From a virus: a stretch of 64,000 nucleotides of DNA. The stretch is taken from the IMG/VR virus record IMGVR_UViG_3300020411_000003; one strand, given 5' to 3'. The notes under the pieces are model-generated. The model was not told the origin of the DNA. It saw only the letters and a list, made by a program, of their open reading frames with translations, and did not search any database. The translations under genes were made by a program, and so were the position numbers. Below, one piece after another: positions 9,638-19,416 of the stretch (positions within the stretch are counted from its first letter, which is position 1; each line of letters begins with the position of its first letter).

Positions 9638-10678
9638 TCAAGATACTTCACACGCTTCTATGTATAGAGATTGCATCAGTGTCTTCAGGTCGGATTTATC
9701 TACCTGAATGTCCACCTCGTCAATATATTCACCCAATAAAGTTAGGGTGTCTTTTACGTTCAATTCTACATCATCATCTACCTTCGTGTCAACCAGTGTT
9801 TCAACAATCTTTACATCGTGAGCACCGTTGAGATAGAGTCCGTCAATTAAACTCTCGAATTCTTCCATTCGAGTTTTCTCTTCTACTACTACTTTAACAT
9901 ATTGATCCTTATGGACAGTAGTATCATACTTTCTATAATCATATGACTTATCATTATAGAATATCTTGGCAAACATCTCAAAAGGATTCTTGATGTATGT
10001 CAGTCTATCACTATCTGTATCATAGATATGAAATCCTCTGGTGTCAGCATAATCATTCCAGAACATCTGGTACGGATTACCCAAGTACTGAATGTTACCA
10101 TGCTTAGACTTATGATGAAAGTGTCCAGACCATACACGATTAAACTTTTTAAAGTCTGGGGGTTTGAATCCACCATTGAATCTATGACCTGCCATGACTT
10201 CAAAGCCGTCAATCTCTAAATGACCAGCACAGATACCAGCATCAGAATCTTCAATAGCTTTCTCTGCTTGTTCACGGTTACCAGAATTAATCCATGGTAA
10301 CATAAGAAAATCTCTGTTACCAAACTTGAGAGTAGTAGGTTCAGAGTAGATAGTTATGTTATCATATTCTTCCAATAATAGTTCGGGGGAATTGATCCTA
10401 TTGGTATTTTTATAATAGGTACAATGGTTCCCCAGAATCATGTGTACATCATACTTTCTAAGTCTGTCGAAATAATCAGTTTTAATCCTCGCAAGAGTAC
10501 TAAAATCCATAGACTTTCGATTATCAAATGTGTCACCAAGATCAAGGATGGTATCGATACCGTGTTTCTCAAGTGTTGGGAAAAATATTTCATCATAAAA
10601 TTTGTTAAAGTAATTCCAGAAGGCAAGCGAACCCTTCCTTCCATCCAGATGTTGATCTGTAATGACAGCAATCTTCAT
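9638..10678 (-). CDS. gp47: recombination endonuclease subunit gp47 (Mre11/SbcD-like)
   Basis: DQH, LGDTFD, GNH, GHLE, SGHFH phosphoesterase motifs. Confidence 0.96.
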   Translation of the reverse strand: MKIAVITDQHLDGRKGSLAFWNYFNKFYDEIFFPTLEKHGIDTILDLGDTFDNRKSMDFSTLARIKTDYFDRLRKYDVHMILGNHCTYYKNTNRINSPELLLEEYDNITIYSEPTTLKFGNRDFLMLPWINSGNREQAEKAIEDSDAGICAGHLEIDGFEVMAGHRFNGGFKPPDFKKFNRVWSGHFHHKSKHGNIQYLGNPYQMFWNDYADTRGFHIYDTDSDRLTYIKNPFEMFAKIFYNDKSYDYRKYDTTVHKDQYVKVVVEEKTRMEEFESLIDGLYLNGAHDVKIVETLVDTKVDDDVELNVKDTLTLLGEYIDEVDIQVDKSDLKTLMQSLYIEACEVS

Positions 10679-10767
10679 AGCATATATGTTTTGATTTTGT
10701 ATACTGCTCTATTTTGTGGATATAATTTCCTTAGTTTTCTAACTACTGCTAATTGTATTTCAAGCAT
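10675..10767 (-). CDS. 30 aa micro-ORF
   Basis: MLEIQLAVVRKLRKLYPQNRAVYKIKTYML*; fills the gap with overlaps at both ends. Confidence 0.5.
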   Translation of the reverse strand: MLEIQLAVVRKLRKLYPQNRAVYKIKTYML

Positions 10768-11320
10768 CATCTTCCTCACAGGCAGGGTTGAGGTCTTCTA
10801 CCATTGTACCACCAATTTCAGATCCTGCATCCATACCCATCATCGTAGCAGCACCAGCAGCGACCCAACCGACAAAAGGAATAGTGGCAAGAGAAGGAGC
10901 GACAGCAGCACCAACGCTAGCTCCGACAAGCCTTCCCGACTGCTCTCCTCCACCGACCGCCTTGATGCAGGCGACAGACTTTTTTCCTTCTTCTGTTGCT
11001 GCACCTCCTGCATCTTGTAGATGTTGGGAACCTTCCATTGTGTACTCTTCTGTTGTCTTAGTAATGTTGTTACCCAGTCCCAGAAAGCCACCTTTTCTTT
11101 TAAGATCCCTTTCCACACGCATCACTTTAGGATCATTAGATTTATATTTGATACTGTATCCATCTTCCCCTACGTTCGCTTCATAAGAAGTGTAAGGTCC
11201 AACTGGAAAATTAATTGTTGGTAACTTACTTGGTCTATTAGCAATCATACCAATCATACCAATATGGGACAATCCTAAGACTGCCCCTAAACTTATACCA
11301 ACCCACTTACCTGTATTCAT
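10760..11320 (-). CDS. membrane protein with glycine-zipper-like C-terminus
   Basis: N-terminal hydrophobic helix; GASVGAAVA...GAATMMG...GSEIGG. Confidence 0.75.
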   Translation of the reverse strand: MNTGKWVGISLGAVLGLSHIGMIGMIANRPSKLPTINFPVGPYTSYEANVGEDGYSIKYKSNDPKVMRVERDLKRKGGFLGLGNNITKTTEEYTMEGSQHLQDAGGAATEEGKKSVACIKAVGGGEQSGRLVGASVGAAVAPSLATIPFVGWVAAGAATMMGMDAGSEIGGTMVEDLNPACEEDDA

Positions 11321-11475
11321 TTCTTCTGTTGTATAATAATACGATTATTTTCGTAGTCTGCTTTAAACTCCAACTCTACATCATATGGCCACATGAGTTC
11401 TTCATACAATGCATTGAGACGATCCATGTCCTCCCAAAGATTATTAATATGCTCTGGCAGATGATCATCAGTCAT
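11317..11475 (-). CDS. 52 aa hypothetical protein
   Basis: MTDDHLPEHINNLWEDMDRLNALYEELMW...; ATGA overlap with the downstream gene. Confidence 0.65.
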   Translation of the reverse strand: MTDDHLPEHINNLWEDMDRLNALYEELMWPYDVELEFKADYENNRIIIQQKK

Positions 11476-11878
11476 GTTTCTTCCTCACTGGTACTTCAAT
11501 TGTCCATGAAGGACTAACTAATACTTTCATTTCGAAGTTCTTTTCAAACTCCGCTTGCCTCTTCCTTGCTTCAGCTTCACGTTTGTTTAGTTCCTTCTCA
11601 CGTCCTGGTTCTGGTTGAATCTCACCATAGTGAGGATCCCAGATCTCTGGGTGCTCATGACAATCATAGAACTCTAAGATACTTTGATCTACCATACTGT
11701 ATAGAGTATCCCATGTTAATGTTTCTCTAAGTCGTCCTGCTATATAGTCGATTTGATTGTCTGTCATAGACACATCATCATCTTTAAACAGATACTCACC
11801 TCTTACTGTGACTAACTCATTCAAATTAATGAGTATAGAATTGTCATTATATATTGCTCTAGGCATGCACCACCTCAT
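11468..11878 (-). CDS. hypothetical protein
   Basis: 136 aa ORF in operon context. Confidence 0.7.
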   Translation of the reverse strand: MRWCMPRAIYNDNSILINLNELVTVRGEYLFKDDDVSMTDNQIDYIAGRLRETLTWDTLYSMVDQSILEFYDCHEHPEIWDPHYGEIQPEPGREKELNKREAEARKRQAEFEKNFEMKVLVSPSWTIEVPVRKKHD

Positions 11879-12461
11879 CTAACAAGAACAATGAATGATA
11901 CTCAAGATTATTCTCTTTCCATACATCATGATTATCCATTCTATCTACGATAGCAACAACACGGTTCACAGTGTATCCTGCTTCACGTAGTACTCTGACT
12001 GCTGTTAATGCACTGCTGCCAGTAGTAGTGACATCTTCAAGGACTGTTACTACAGCACCTTTAGGTGGTTTTGGTCCTTCGATAACTTCCTTAGTACCAT
12101 ATCCTTTAGGGTTCTTACGAACGATCAAAGCATCGATAGGTTTTCTTCCTTTATAATATGATTTCTGTGCAATGCCACATACCAGTGGATCAGCACCTAG
12201 TGTGAGTCCTCCGACTGCTACAGCATCTTTCTCAATCAGTTTGATCATAAGATGTGCTAGGAGTGCATTGCCCTCACATGATAGAGTCACAGGTTTACAG
12301 TTAATATAATGCTCTGACTCTTGACCAGAGGATAAAGTAAACTGTCCATGACGATATGCTTTCTCATGTAATAGTTTAAGAAGAGTTTCCCGATGCTTCA
12401 TGTCCTCGTGAGGAATAGCATTCTTCCATTCGTGGGCGGTAAATTGAGATTCGAGTTTCAT
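11859..12461 (-). CDS. pyrE: orotate phosphoribosyltransferase
   Basis: FTLSSG.S..YIN, GLTLGADP, VRK..KGYGT, PRPP motif VLEDVTTTGSS. Confidence 0.95.
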   Translation of the reverse strand: MKLESQFTAHEWKNAIPHEDMKHRETLLKLLHEKAYRHGQFTLSSGQESEHYINCKPVTLSCEGNALLAHLMIKLIEKDAVAVGGLTLGADPLVCGIAQKSYYKGRKPIDALIVRKNPKGYGTKEVIEGPKPPKGAVVTVLEDVTTTGSSALTAVRVLREAGYTVNRVVAIVDRMDNHDVWKENNLEYHSLFLLDEVVHA

Positions 12462-12961
12462 TATCTGTTCATTTTAGTTTCGATGTTCTCCTTTATAGAT
12501 CCCATATCTGAGTGGGATGGATTCATCCCAGTCATTGTACCATCAAAAGTATCCGTATGCATAACTTCATCGTACCCTGATCTTTCTAGAATTTTATTTT
12601 TGATTTCAAGTTGCTTCTTCTCTTTTTGGATTCGACGAAGAAACGCATAATAAATGATCTGAGTAAAGTAGGCAAAAGGATTCTTAGATTTGTCTGGATC
12701 AAAGTTGTCTATGTATTGCAAGCAGTTCTCTATCCCGTCACAGATCATGTCCTCTCGGAACATGTAGTTGACAAAGTTTGGTTTATATGATAGATGTGTA
12801 GCAATCTTCAAGAAGCAGTCACCGATATAATTCGGGACACGGGGGCGGGTCTCACCAAGTTCTTTGGCAGCAATAACAGAGTTACGATAAACAGTAATCG
12901 CTTCTAGAAATTCTTTATTGTTGACGTAATACTCTGTTTTCTTTTTTACCATTGTCCTCAT
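12461..12961 (-). CDS. gp55: late sigma factor gp55
   Basis: YVNNKEFL, NFVNYMFREDMICDGIENC, NPFAYFTQI. Confidence 0.96.
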   Translation of the reverse strand: MRTMVKKKTEYYVNNKEFLEAITVYRNSVIAAKELGETRPRVPNYIGDCFLKIATHLSYKPNFVNYMFREDMICDGIENCLQYIDNFDPDKSKNPFAYFTQIIYYAFLRRIQKEKKQLEIKNKILERSGYDEVMHTDTFDGTMTGMNPSHSDMGSIKENIETKMNR

Positions 12962-12988
12962 GTCATATAATGCTTGCTACTCCTATCA

Positions 12989-13017
12989 AGTATACCACCG
13001 AATCGGAAGGTTGTCAA
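12989..13017 (-). promoter_or_regulatory. sigma70 promoter for gp55
   Basis: TTGACA-17-TATACT. Confidence 0.8.
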
Positions 13018-13026
13018 TACAGGGGG

Positions 13027-13055
13027 TTGACAAGGTATCGAATTAGGTGTAGACT
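13027..13055 (+). promoter_or_regulatory. divergent sigma70-like promoter firing antisense into the uvsW operon
   Basis: TTGACA-17-TAGACT on the plus strand; no credible plus-strand gene downstream. Confidence 0.55.
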
Positions 13056-13070
13056 AACTCTGTCAAGGGT

Positions 13071-13469
13071 TCAAGGGGATGGTAGCTTATATATTTTCTC
13101 TAGAAACTTCTTGGTCTCTACGACGGATCCCAACCGTCCCATCTGTCTGGTGAACTTATTATTGTCCAGACCCATATGCATTTTCTTGAGTGTCTTCAAA
13201 TAGAAGTGCTCTATTTTTTTGTCTGTCTCAGTCATAGTAAGCACATGCTTACGAGGTAATACAAACATTTGATCAAACGTCGATTTAATCCATTCCTGGA
13301 GGGCGAACCCGTTGACTTGTATTTCTGGAGACCTCTGCTGTTGTACAGGGATCACTTCCAAAGGATTATCTAGCACAAGACTGTCATCATCTGGCATGTA
13401 AGAGACCTTAGCAACGATCTCTTCCCCAGTTGTTAACTTTATTGTAGCGTAGAATTCATCTTCCATCAT
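13071..13469 (-). CDS. conserved hypothetical protein (possible Sm-like fold)
   Basis: ATIKLTTGEEIVAKV...L.NP pattern; between uvsW and gp55. Confidence 0.7.
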   Translation of the reverse strand: MMEDEFYATIKLTTGEEIVAKVSYMPDDDSLVLDNPLEVIPVQQQRSPEIQVNGFALQEWIKSTFDQMFVLPRKHVLTMTETDKKIEHFYLKTLKKMHMGLDNNKFTRQMGRLGSVVETKKFLEKIYKLPSP

Positions 13470-14938
13470 AATTGTTTACTTGCTGTAAGGTTTACCTTGA
13501 TAACTTCATATTTAAAATTTTCCTCGTTGTATATGGTCACTCTTTCGTTTAAATGACGAAGTGTATAGTTCTGACCGCCGATGTCGTCAGAGATATCGTA
13601 TAATGTTGCTAATGATTTTCCTTCTCCTCTACGTAGGACTCTTCCAATGGATTGTAAGTTTCGTATTCGTGATTTGGATGGGCTTGCAAAGATGATATTG
13701 TGCAAACGCTTAATATTGATGCCAGTACTAAAAGTCCCATAGGACGCAACGATAATAGCATTGTCTTCTTGCTCCGTTATTAGTCGAACTTCTTCACGGT
13801 CTTGAACTTCCGTGCCTCCGTGAACAAAGAATGTTTTCCTTTGCTCATCTACAGAATTATTTATGATTTCAAATAAAGGTTCTCCATGCTTCTCGATATA
13901 ATTAAAGAGGACAAGGGTATTACCACGTAAGTCCTTGACTAGGTTTTTGATCAGATTGTTCCTACCCCTGTGACCAATCAGGTACTCCATCTCATCATGA
14001 TATGTTTCAAAATATTGTGGAGGGTGTTTACAGAGTAGGATTTTGATCCTAAACTTAGACAGGTAACCACGTTTGATGAGGTCATCCGTCTTAGTTACTT
14101 GATCACAGGAACCAAAGAGACCTTCAAGCACCCACTTGTGGGTCTTGGTTCCATTCAGAGTACCAGTGAAACCAAACCTGTACTTAGCATTATGCAATTT
14201 AGTCATGATGCCAGTCAGTGATTTGCTTTTGAATAGATGTGCTTCATCACCAATGACACATTCTATATCGTCAAAGTATCTCTTAGGAAATTTGTAGATA
14301 GATTGCCAAGTAGATATAATGACAGGTTTATCAGTTACTTTATCCTTACCACCATATATTTTATGAACATGATCATCCGCATTCCAACCATAGTCACAGA
14401 AGTCATTAACCATTTGTTCTACGAGGGACGTAGTAGGGACGATGATGAGCGTCTTCTTTCTGGTGGCGCAATAGTATCTGACGAGGGCATAAATCATAAG
14501 AGACTTGCCAGATCCCGTAGGAGAAAGTAGCAACTTACGATTGTTTTTTATTGCTGAGTATACTGCTGCATACTGATAGTCTCTAGGTTTCACATGAGTG
14601 ATACTATCCATAAAGACTTTGATTCCAGCAGGTGATACAAAATCATTTACTTCAAGAGGATGACCATACCAGTCATCCTTTTTTAGTTCCATGGTATAAT
14701 CACGATCAAAGGCAAACCCTTTCAGATGCGTGAATAATCCAGCATACAAATCACCAGTGGCAGGAGAGTACAACCTAATGGTTCCATCCCAGTGTCTGTA
14801 TCTTGGATTCTTTTTTAAATATTTTGCTTCAGGTACTTCAAATGTAAAGTAGTCTGCTAACTCGTGATGGACATGTGCTTCTGGAGATTCTATGGTAACA
14901 TAGACCTCGTTCTTCTTCTTTACTGAGAGGTGTGTCAT
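13466..14938 (-). CDS. uvsW: RNA-DNA/DNA helicase UvsW
   Basis: SPTGSGKS, GDEAH, GFTGT, QSIGRVLR. Confidence 0.96.
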   Translation of the reverse strand: MTHLSVKKKNEVYVTIESPEAHVHHELADYFTFEVPEAKYLKKNPRYRHWDGTIRLYSPATGDLYAGLFTHLKGFAFDRDYTMELKKDDWYGHPLEVNDFVSPAGIKVFMDSITHVKPRDYQYAAVYSAIKNNRKLLLSPTGSGKSLMIYALVRYYCATRKKTLIIVPTTSLVEQMVNDFCDYGWNADDHVHKIYGGKDKVTDKPVIISTWQSIYKFPKRYFDDIECVIGDEAHLFKSKSLTGIMTKLHNAKYRFGFTGTLNGTKTHKWVLEGLFGSCDQVTKTDDLIKRGYLSKFRIKILLCKHPPQYFETYHDEMEYLIGHRGRNNLIKNLVKDLRGNTLVLFNYIEKHGEPLFEIINNSVDEQRKTFFVHGGTEVQDREEVRLITEQEDNAIIVASYGTFSTGINIKRLHNIIFASPSKSRIRNLQSIGRVLRRGEGKSLATLYDISDDIGGQNYTLRHLNERVTIYNEENFKYEVIKVNLTASKQL

Positions 14939-15411
14939 TACTGTCCATTAATAAATTTCTCCCACTCGATAGCACTCTTAATTTGAAATCCTCTATTGGA
15001 AATCTGTTTCATTACTTGATCTAACCAATAGATCATTGATTCTAGGTACTTAAGCTTGGATTCTAAATTGATGATTTCATCATCAGACTCAACATAGACT
15101 TTCATCTTATCTTGAGTTGAGATCCTACCACCAAAAGGTTTTTCAGCATAAGTTTTAGCGTCAGCTTCACCTCCATAATACTCACGCTTTTCTTTGACCA
15201 ATTTCCTGAGTTTAAACTCTAATGAGGTTTTTAATTGTGAGATATCTGTGTAGTGGTTTAAGTATTTATTATGGCAAAATGGAATGTCAAGAGCCAACTG
15301 ACCTAGATCAGCACTGTACTCTTTGTTTTTAAATTGAAAGTCTACTTGACTATCTTCTGCCCACTCTGCTTTTAGTTTGTCAAATTTATTACGAAGGGTT
15401 TCAAAATTCAT
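14938..15411 (-). CDS. uvsY: recombination mediator UvsY
   Basis: K..YY.G, KMKVYVESD, RGFQIKSAIEWEKF. Confidence 0.9.
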   Translation of the reverse strand: MNFETLRNKFDKLKAEWAEDSQVDFQFKNKEYSADLGQLALDIPFCHNKYLNHYTDISQLKTSLEFKLRKLVKEKREYYGGEADAKTYAEKPFGGRISTQDKMKVYVESDDEIINLESKLKYLESMIYWLDQVMKQISNRGFQIKSAIEWEKFINGQ

Positions 15412-15920
15412 AAATTAGTGCCAGTTTCTGTCTGTACTTTATATCTTGTGTATTTGAATGTTGCGGTTGCGGTTACATAATCAATATCAGATGGAGTTGC
15501 ATCAAATTGTACACCTGTCAATCCGACGGGAAAGAGTTCTTCGAAGTTAACGTAGAAATTTCCATTAAAAGAGGAGGTAAGTACCTGTAAGGTTCCCCTT
15601 GATTTTGTATCCAACCCAGATGAATGACCTTCTGTGAGGCCGTACTGCCTGATCCAATTTTGAATAGACATGTAGTTCTTGAGATCTTCATCTATCAGAA
15701 AGGTAACGTTTAAATCACCAAACTGCACACCACCACTACCTGCTATAGGTATGGATCGAAACTTGTTAGGAATCTCAGCAACAGTCATTGTAATGTCAGG
15801 AAGGTTTACTGACTGACAGAAAAAATCTACCCCCGCAAAGAGTTCCAGATCAAACTGAAACCCTACTGGAGATAGATAGTTCCTATTTACAGGTTGTTCT
15901 TTATACCATTCAGCAGCCAC
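15408..15920 (-). CDS. gp3: tail tube terminator/completion gp3
   Basis: FFCQSVNLP, FLIDEDLKNY..I.NW, ATFKY; GTG start. Confidence 0.9.
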   Translation of the reverse strand: MAAEWYKEQPVNRNYLSPVGFQFDLELFAGVDFFCQSVNLPDITMTVAEIPNKFRSIPIAGSGGVQFGDLNVTFLIDEDLKNYMSIQNWIRQYGLTEGHSSGLDTKSRGTLQVLTSSFNGNFYVNFEELFPVGLTGVQFDATPSDIDYVTATATFKYTRYKVQTETGTNL

Positions 15921-15941
15921 GTCAACTTCCCAAGCTACTTA

Positions 15942-16115
15942 CTATTTAGTGTACCACCAATATGGACCTTCACCAGGACCTCCAAAATCATCGTCATCGT
16001 CATCATCAAAAGTAACTTTAGTTGGTTTCTTCTTCATAGCATTGTAAACCAATACCACAGATGCAACTGTGCCTGGTATTCCCAGACCCATCAATAATTT
16101 ATAGATTGGATTCAT
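15942..16115 (-). CDS. 57 aa membrane micro-protein with poly-Asp tail
   Basis: MNPIYKLLMGLGIPGTVASVVLVYNAMKKK...FDDDDDDDFGG; TAATG overlap; its 3' end contains the TAAATA late promoter for gp3. Confidence 0.6.
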   Translation of the reverse strand: MNPIYKLLMGLGIPGTVASVVLVYNAMKKKPTKVTFDDDDDDDFGGPGEGPYWWYTK

Positions 16116-16306
16116 TAAGCATTGAGTACCCAGTTTTCAGCAAAATTCTCTGCTTCATCTGTATGTATAAAATCTTTAGAATCTGCACAATCAGAATCAG
16201 TAGTGAATACTCTAAACTGATACGGTCTCTGATCAAAATCTTCAATTTCAAATACTTTTGCGTGGCGTACTTCATCGTCGCTGAAGTAACTACTTAAAAG
16301 TCTCAT
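16115..16306 (-). CDS. hypothetical protein
   Basis: 63 aa ORF ending AENFAENWVL. Confidence 0.65.
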   Translation of the reverse strand: MRLLSSYFSDDEVRHAKVFEIEDFDQRPYQFRVFTTDSDCADSKDFIHTDEAENFAENWVLNA

Positions 16307-16529
16307 AAGCCTCCTTAATCAATGTGTCTGCGTTTTCTTTAGATGCAATGTCTCGATCATTGTTAATGATCCAGTGATCACAGAATCGGTATGCCTTATC
16401 TGTGATAGTAATTTCGTTACGCCAAAAAGATCCGAGCAAGAATGCTCTTAGATTGAGTAGGTCTTCTGTTAGTACAGTACCTGGTTCAATGTATTGATCT
16501 TTGACGTGAGGTTTAGTAATGATACTCAT
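16290..16529 (-). CDS. hypothetical protein
   Basis: 79 aa ORF. Confidence 0.6.
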   Translation of the reverse strand: MSIITKPHVKDQYIEPGTVLTEDLLNLRAFLLGSFWRNEITITDKAYRFCDHWIINNDRDIASKENADTLIKEAYETFK

Positions 16530-16677
16530 CGAGAATGTCCAATGCGTTGTTTAGAGCTTGTTGAGCAGCCCACCTTTCTTTGTCATCCCAGTCGGGATAC
16601 CATTGCTTGTCGGCAATACCCTTCTTGATTTTCAAAAGTCGTGATGTCATATCAACTTTAGATAGTCTACCATTCAT
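16513..16677 (-). CDS. 54 aa hypothetical protein
   Basis: MNGRLSKVDMTSRLLKIKKGI...WYPDWDDKERWAAQQALNNALDILDEYHY*. Confidence 0.7.
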   Translation of the reverse strand: MNGRLSKVDMTSRLLKIKKGIADKQWYPDWDDKERWAAQQALNNALDILDEYHY

Positions 16678-16742
16678 ATTGTTGTTTCAGTATTCGAGTA
16701 TGCCAGTTCGCACACTGGCATTTCCATTATAGTATGTATCAT

Positions 16743-16768
16743 AAAAAAAGGGAACCTTTCGGTTCCCT
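16743..16768 (-). terminator. intrinsic terminator after gp23
   Basis: AGGGAACC-GAAA-GGTTCCCT followed by T7. Confidence 0.9.
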
Positions 16769-16792
16769 CTGTCATTGTTCTCAAACTGAGAT

Positions 16793-18175
16793 TTACATAA
16801 GGTTTTCAACCTGTACACGTCTGTAGTACTGGTTTCTATTCGCTGTAAGAGCTTCAGCATCAGGTGTGCCGTTAGCCTGTGTAACGAATGGGTTAGCAAC
16901 CATACCATAACGTGTCTTAAATCCAATCTTGGGCTGGAAGGTGTCTGGACCTATGCTTCTTACCATTTGGAGAGGAACATAAGGACAGTAGAACAGACCA
17001 GCGTCATAAGGAGAAGTTCCTTTGTATCCTACAACGTAGTAATGCTTGTCAGCAATGTTTGCAGAATAAGGATCAACGTATACCTTAATACGTCCGTTCA
17101 TTGTACCTACAAGAAGGTTTCCAGTGTCATCGACTTCACCGATGGAAGGACCACCAGCACCAGTAAGACCTGAAGAGTAGTCTAGAGTACCAGACATAGC
17201 AAGAGCACTAGCAACGTCAGCAGATGTGACGATGAAGTTACCCTTTCCTCTACGAGTTTCCTGTGCGATTGCGTTGGCATCTCTTTCAACTTGGAACATC
17301 AGTCCTTTGAATTTCTCAACTGACCATCTTCCATTACTGTCAACGTCTAAGTCAAAACGACCAGCGTTTGCAACGTTGTTAGCAGCACCAGGTTTTGCAA
17401 TTGTGTATACAGTACGTACAACCTCACGGTTGATTTCAGCAAGGATCTCACTAGACAAGATGTTAGCAAGTTCTTGCTCTGCATCAAGACCGTGAATTGC
17501 TTTCAAGTCTTGAGCAAGTTCTAAGGTGTACTCTGCTTTGAGGGCTCTGGACTGTGCAGTCACAGCAGTCTTCTCAATGCTGAATGCCATCTCACGGAAC
17601 TGAGTTGTTTCACCCAATTCTTCAGCAACGTTTCTTGCCATTGGCTTAACGCCACGCTCGTATGTTCCTGGAGAAGCATCGTTAAGAAGCGCAGGGTTGC
17701 TTCCGTCTGTAGCATCAGTTGAAGGATCGTAAGCACCCTTAGTGTTATCAGATCCAGCAGAGAAGTTGGAATCTGGCTCGTTGAATAGTGCTTCGGGGCC
17801 AGTACGATTCTCGTAATGCGCCTTCATTGCGAAGATAAGTCCTGTAGGACCACTCATTGGTTGAACACCGCAGATATCGTAAGCAACAAGGTTAGGCATT
17901 GCACGACGAATCAAGCTGATGAGTACAGGGTCGAAACCTGCTAATCCACCAGTTTTAGTGTCGAGTCCACTACCAGAAAGTGCGTTAGTTCCGATAGCAC
18001 CAGCAGCGTTAACTGCTACCTCGTTTAACATCCCACGCTCTTCACGTAAGAATTTTTCTTGGTTCTCTAACAGAACAGCAGTTACAGCCTTTCTATAATT
18101 GTCTTTGATGGGGGTAGACCCTTCATGACCCAGAACAGGTGACCACTTTTCTGTGAGAGCTTGTGCATTAAACAT
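16793..18175 (-). CDS. gp23: major capsid protein gp23
   Basis: KWSPVL, GVQPMSGPTGLIFAM, SRALKAEYTLELAQDLKAIHGLDAE, FQPKIGFKTRYG. Confidence 0.99.
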   Translation of the reverse strand: MFNAQALTEKWSPVLGHEGSTPIKDNYRKAVTAVLLENQEKFLREERGMLNEVAVNAAGAIGTNALSGSGLDTKTGGLAGFDPVLISLIRRAMPNLVAYDICGVQPMSGPTGLIFAMKAHYENRTGPEALFNEPDSNFSAGSDNTKGAYDPSTDATDGSNPALLNDASPGTYERGVKPMARNVAEELGETTQFREMAFSIEKTAVTAQSRALKAEYTLELAQDLKAIHGLDAEQELANILSSEILAEINREVVRTVYTIAKPGAANNVANAGRFDLDVDSNGRWSVEKFKGLMFQVERDANAIAQETRRGKGNFIVTSADVASALAMSGTLDYSSGLTGAGGPSIGEVDDTGNLLVGTMNGRIKVYVDPYSANIADKHYYVVGYKGTSPYDAGLFYCPYVPLQMVRSIGPDTFQPKIGFKTRYGMVANPFVTQANGTPDAEALTANRNQYYRRVQVENLM

Positions 18176-18215
18176 TTGTTTATACTCTTTTAGAAATGTG
18201 TGTTAATTATATAAA

Positions 18216-19379
18216 TCACTTCCAGCGATTCAATGCATCAACATAAGATCCCATTGAGGGAGAAATGTCTTCTGCTTCGACTGGAGTTTCGTCAGACACT
18301 TCGCTGACTTGAGTCTTTTCTTTAGGGAAATATGACTCCTTAATTGTATTGAGTTTCTTGGAATACTCTTCCTCAGATTTAAACTCAACACCCTCAGCTA
18401 GTGCTGATAATTTGTCCTTCTGAGTATCTGCCAATCCTTCTGAAACTTGTTTCAGAATAACAGTTTTTGCAGACTCGTTAAGACGATTCTGAAGTTTCAC
18501 ATTAGCTTTGACCTGTTCGTCTAAGCGTCCTTCCATTTCACGAATAGATTCAGCCATACTCTCTACCGCATCCACTTTATCATCGGGGATAGAGATGTAG
18601 TGCTCTTCAAAGAGATTCTTCAGACCTGCAATGAAGTCTTCTGTAATCTCATTTCTGATTCCACGATCAACAGCGAGTTGGTTCTCTTCGAGCCATTGAT
18701 TCACGGCGTAGTTAACTGTGCCATTAACTTCCTCGTTAAGATCTGCCTTAGCAGCAGCGAGTTTCTCTTCAGTTTGCTTGGCAAAGTGCTCTACAAGCTT
18801 GTCGTACTCTTCAGAAAGTTTTGCTTTAACAGCAGCCTCAAAGATTGTCTTGGCTTTGTCAGCAAACTCTTCAGAGAGTTCTGTTCCCTCAAGGAGGGCT
18901 TTTACGTCGTCAGATAATTCAACTTCTTCAAACGATGGTTTGATAGGATACTGGACATCAGGACCTTTAGAGGTTCCGTGAGTAATCTCAGCACCGAGTG
19001 AGTTAGCACCAGCTTCGTCACCACCCTTACCAGATGGAGATGATGCACTGCTATCTTGAGAGATAGGTGCAGATGCTTTAGCACCAGGATTTTCTTCACC
19101 CTTTTCTTTCTTAGCATGAAGAGGAGGTGAGGAACTTCCACCTAAGTCATTTCTAGACTGTCCATTAGCAACTGCCTCTGGAACTTTAGGATCCGAACCA
19201 GATGGTTCATCCTTTCCGCTACTCTTCTGTTGGGGATCACCCGAAACCTGAGTTGGGTCGCTACCTGTACCAGGAATTACAGTTGCGGTAACTGTAGGCA
19301 TAGGATCTTGGTATTCTTTGAGAACATCCTTCTGCTCAGATGCGAATTCCTCAAACTTTTCGTTTAACATGTCTGACAT
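18216..19379 (-). CDS. gp22: prohead core scaffold gp22
   Basis: LSEEFADKAKTIFEAAV, LKNLFEEHYI; position between gp21 and gp23. Confidence 0.93.
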   Translation of the reverse strand: MSDMLNEKFEEFASEQKDVLKEYQDPMPTVTATVIPGTGSDPTQVSGDPQQKSSGKDEPSGSDPKVPEAVANGQSRNDLGGSSSPPLHAKKEKGEENPGAKASAPISQDSSASSPSGKGGDEAGANSLGAEITHGTSKGPDVQYPIKPSFEEVELSDDVKALLEGTELSEEFADKAKTIFEAAVKAKLSEEYDKLVEHFAKQTEEKLAAAKADLNEEVNGTVNYAVNQWLEENQLAVDRGIRNEITEDFIAGLKNLFEEHYISIPDDKVDAVESMAESIREMEGRLDEQVKANVKLQNRLNESAKTVILKQVSEGLADTQKDKLSALAEGVEFKSEEEYSKKLNTIKESYFPKEKTQVSEVSDETPVEAEDISPSMGSYVDALNRWK

Positions 19380-19416
19380 TTTAAGTCTTCCCGTAAATTG
19401 ATGAATTATCTATGTT

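Noticed and set aside
10424-11224. Stack of plus-strand and alternative-frame ORFs over gp47 and the 186-aa gene
   Set aside because: They are antisense shadows of real genes with no motifs or expression signals, and the lengths are within what codon bias produces.
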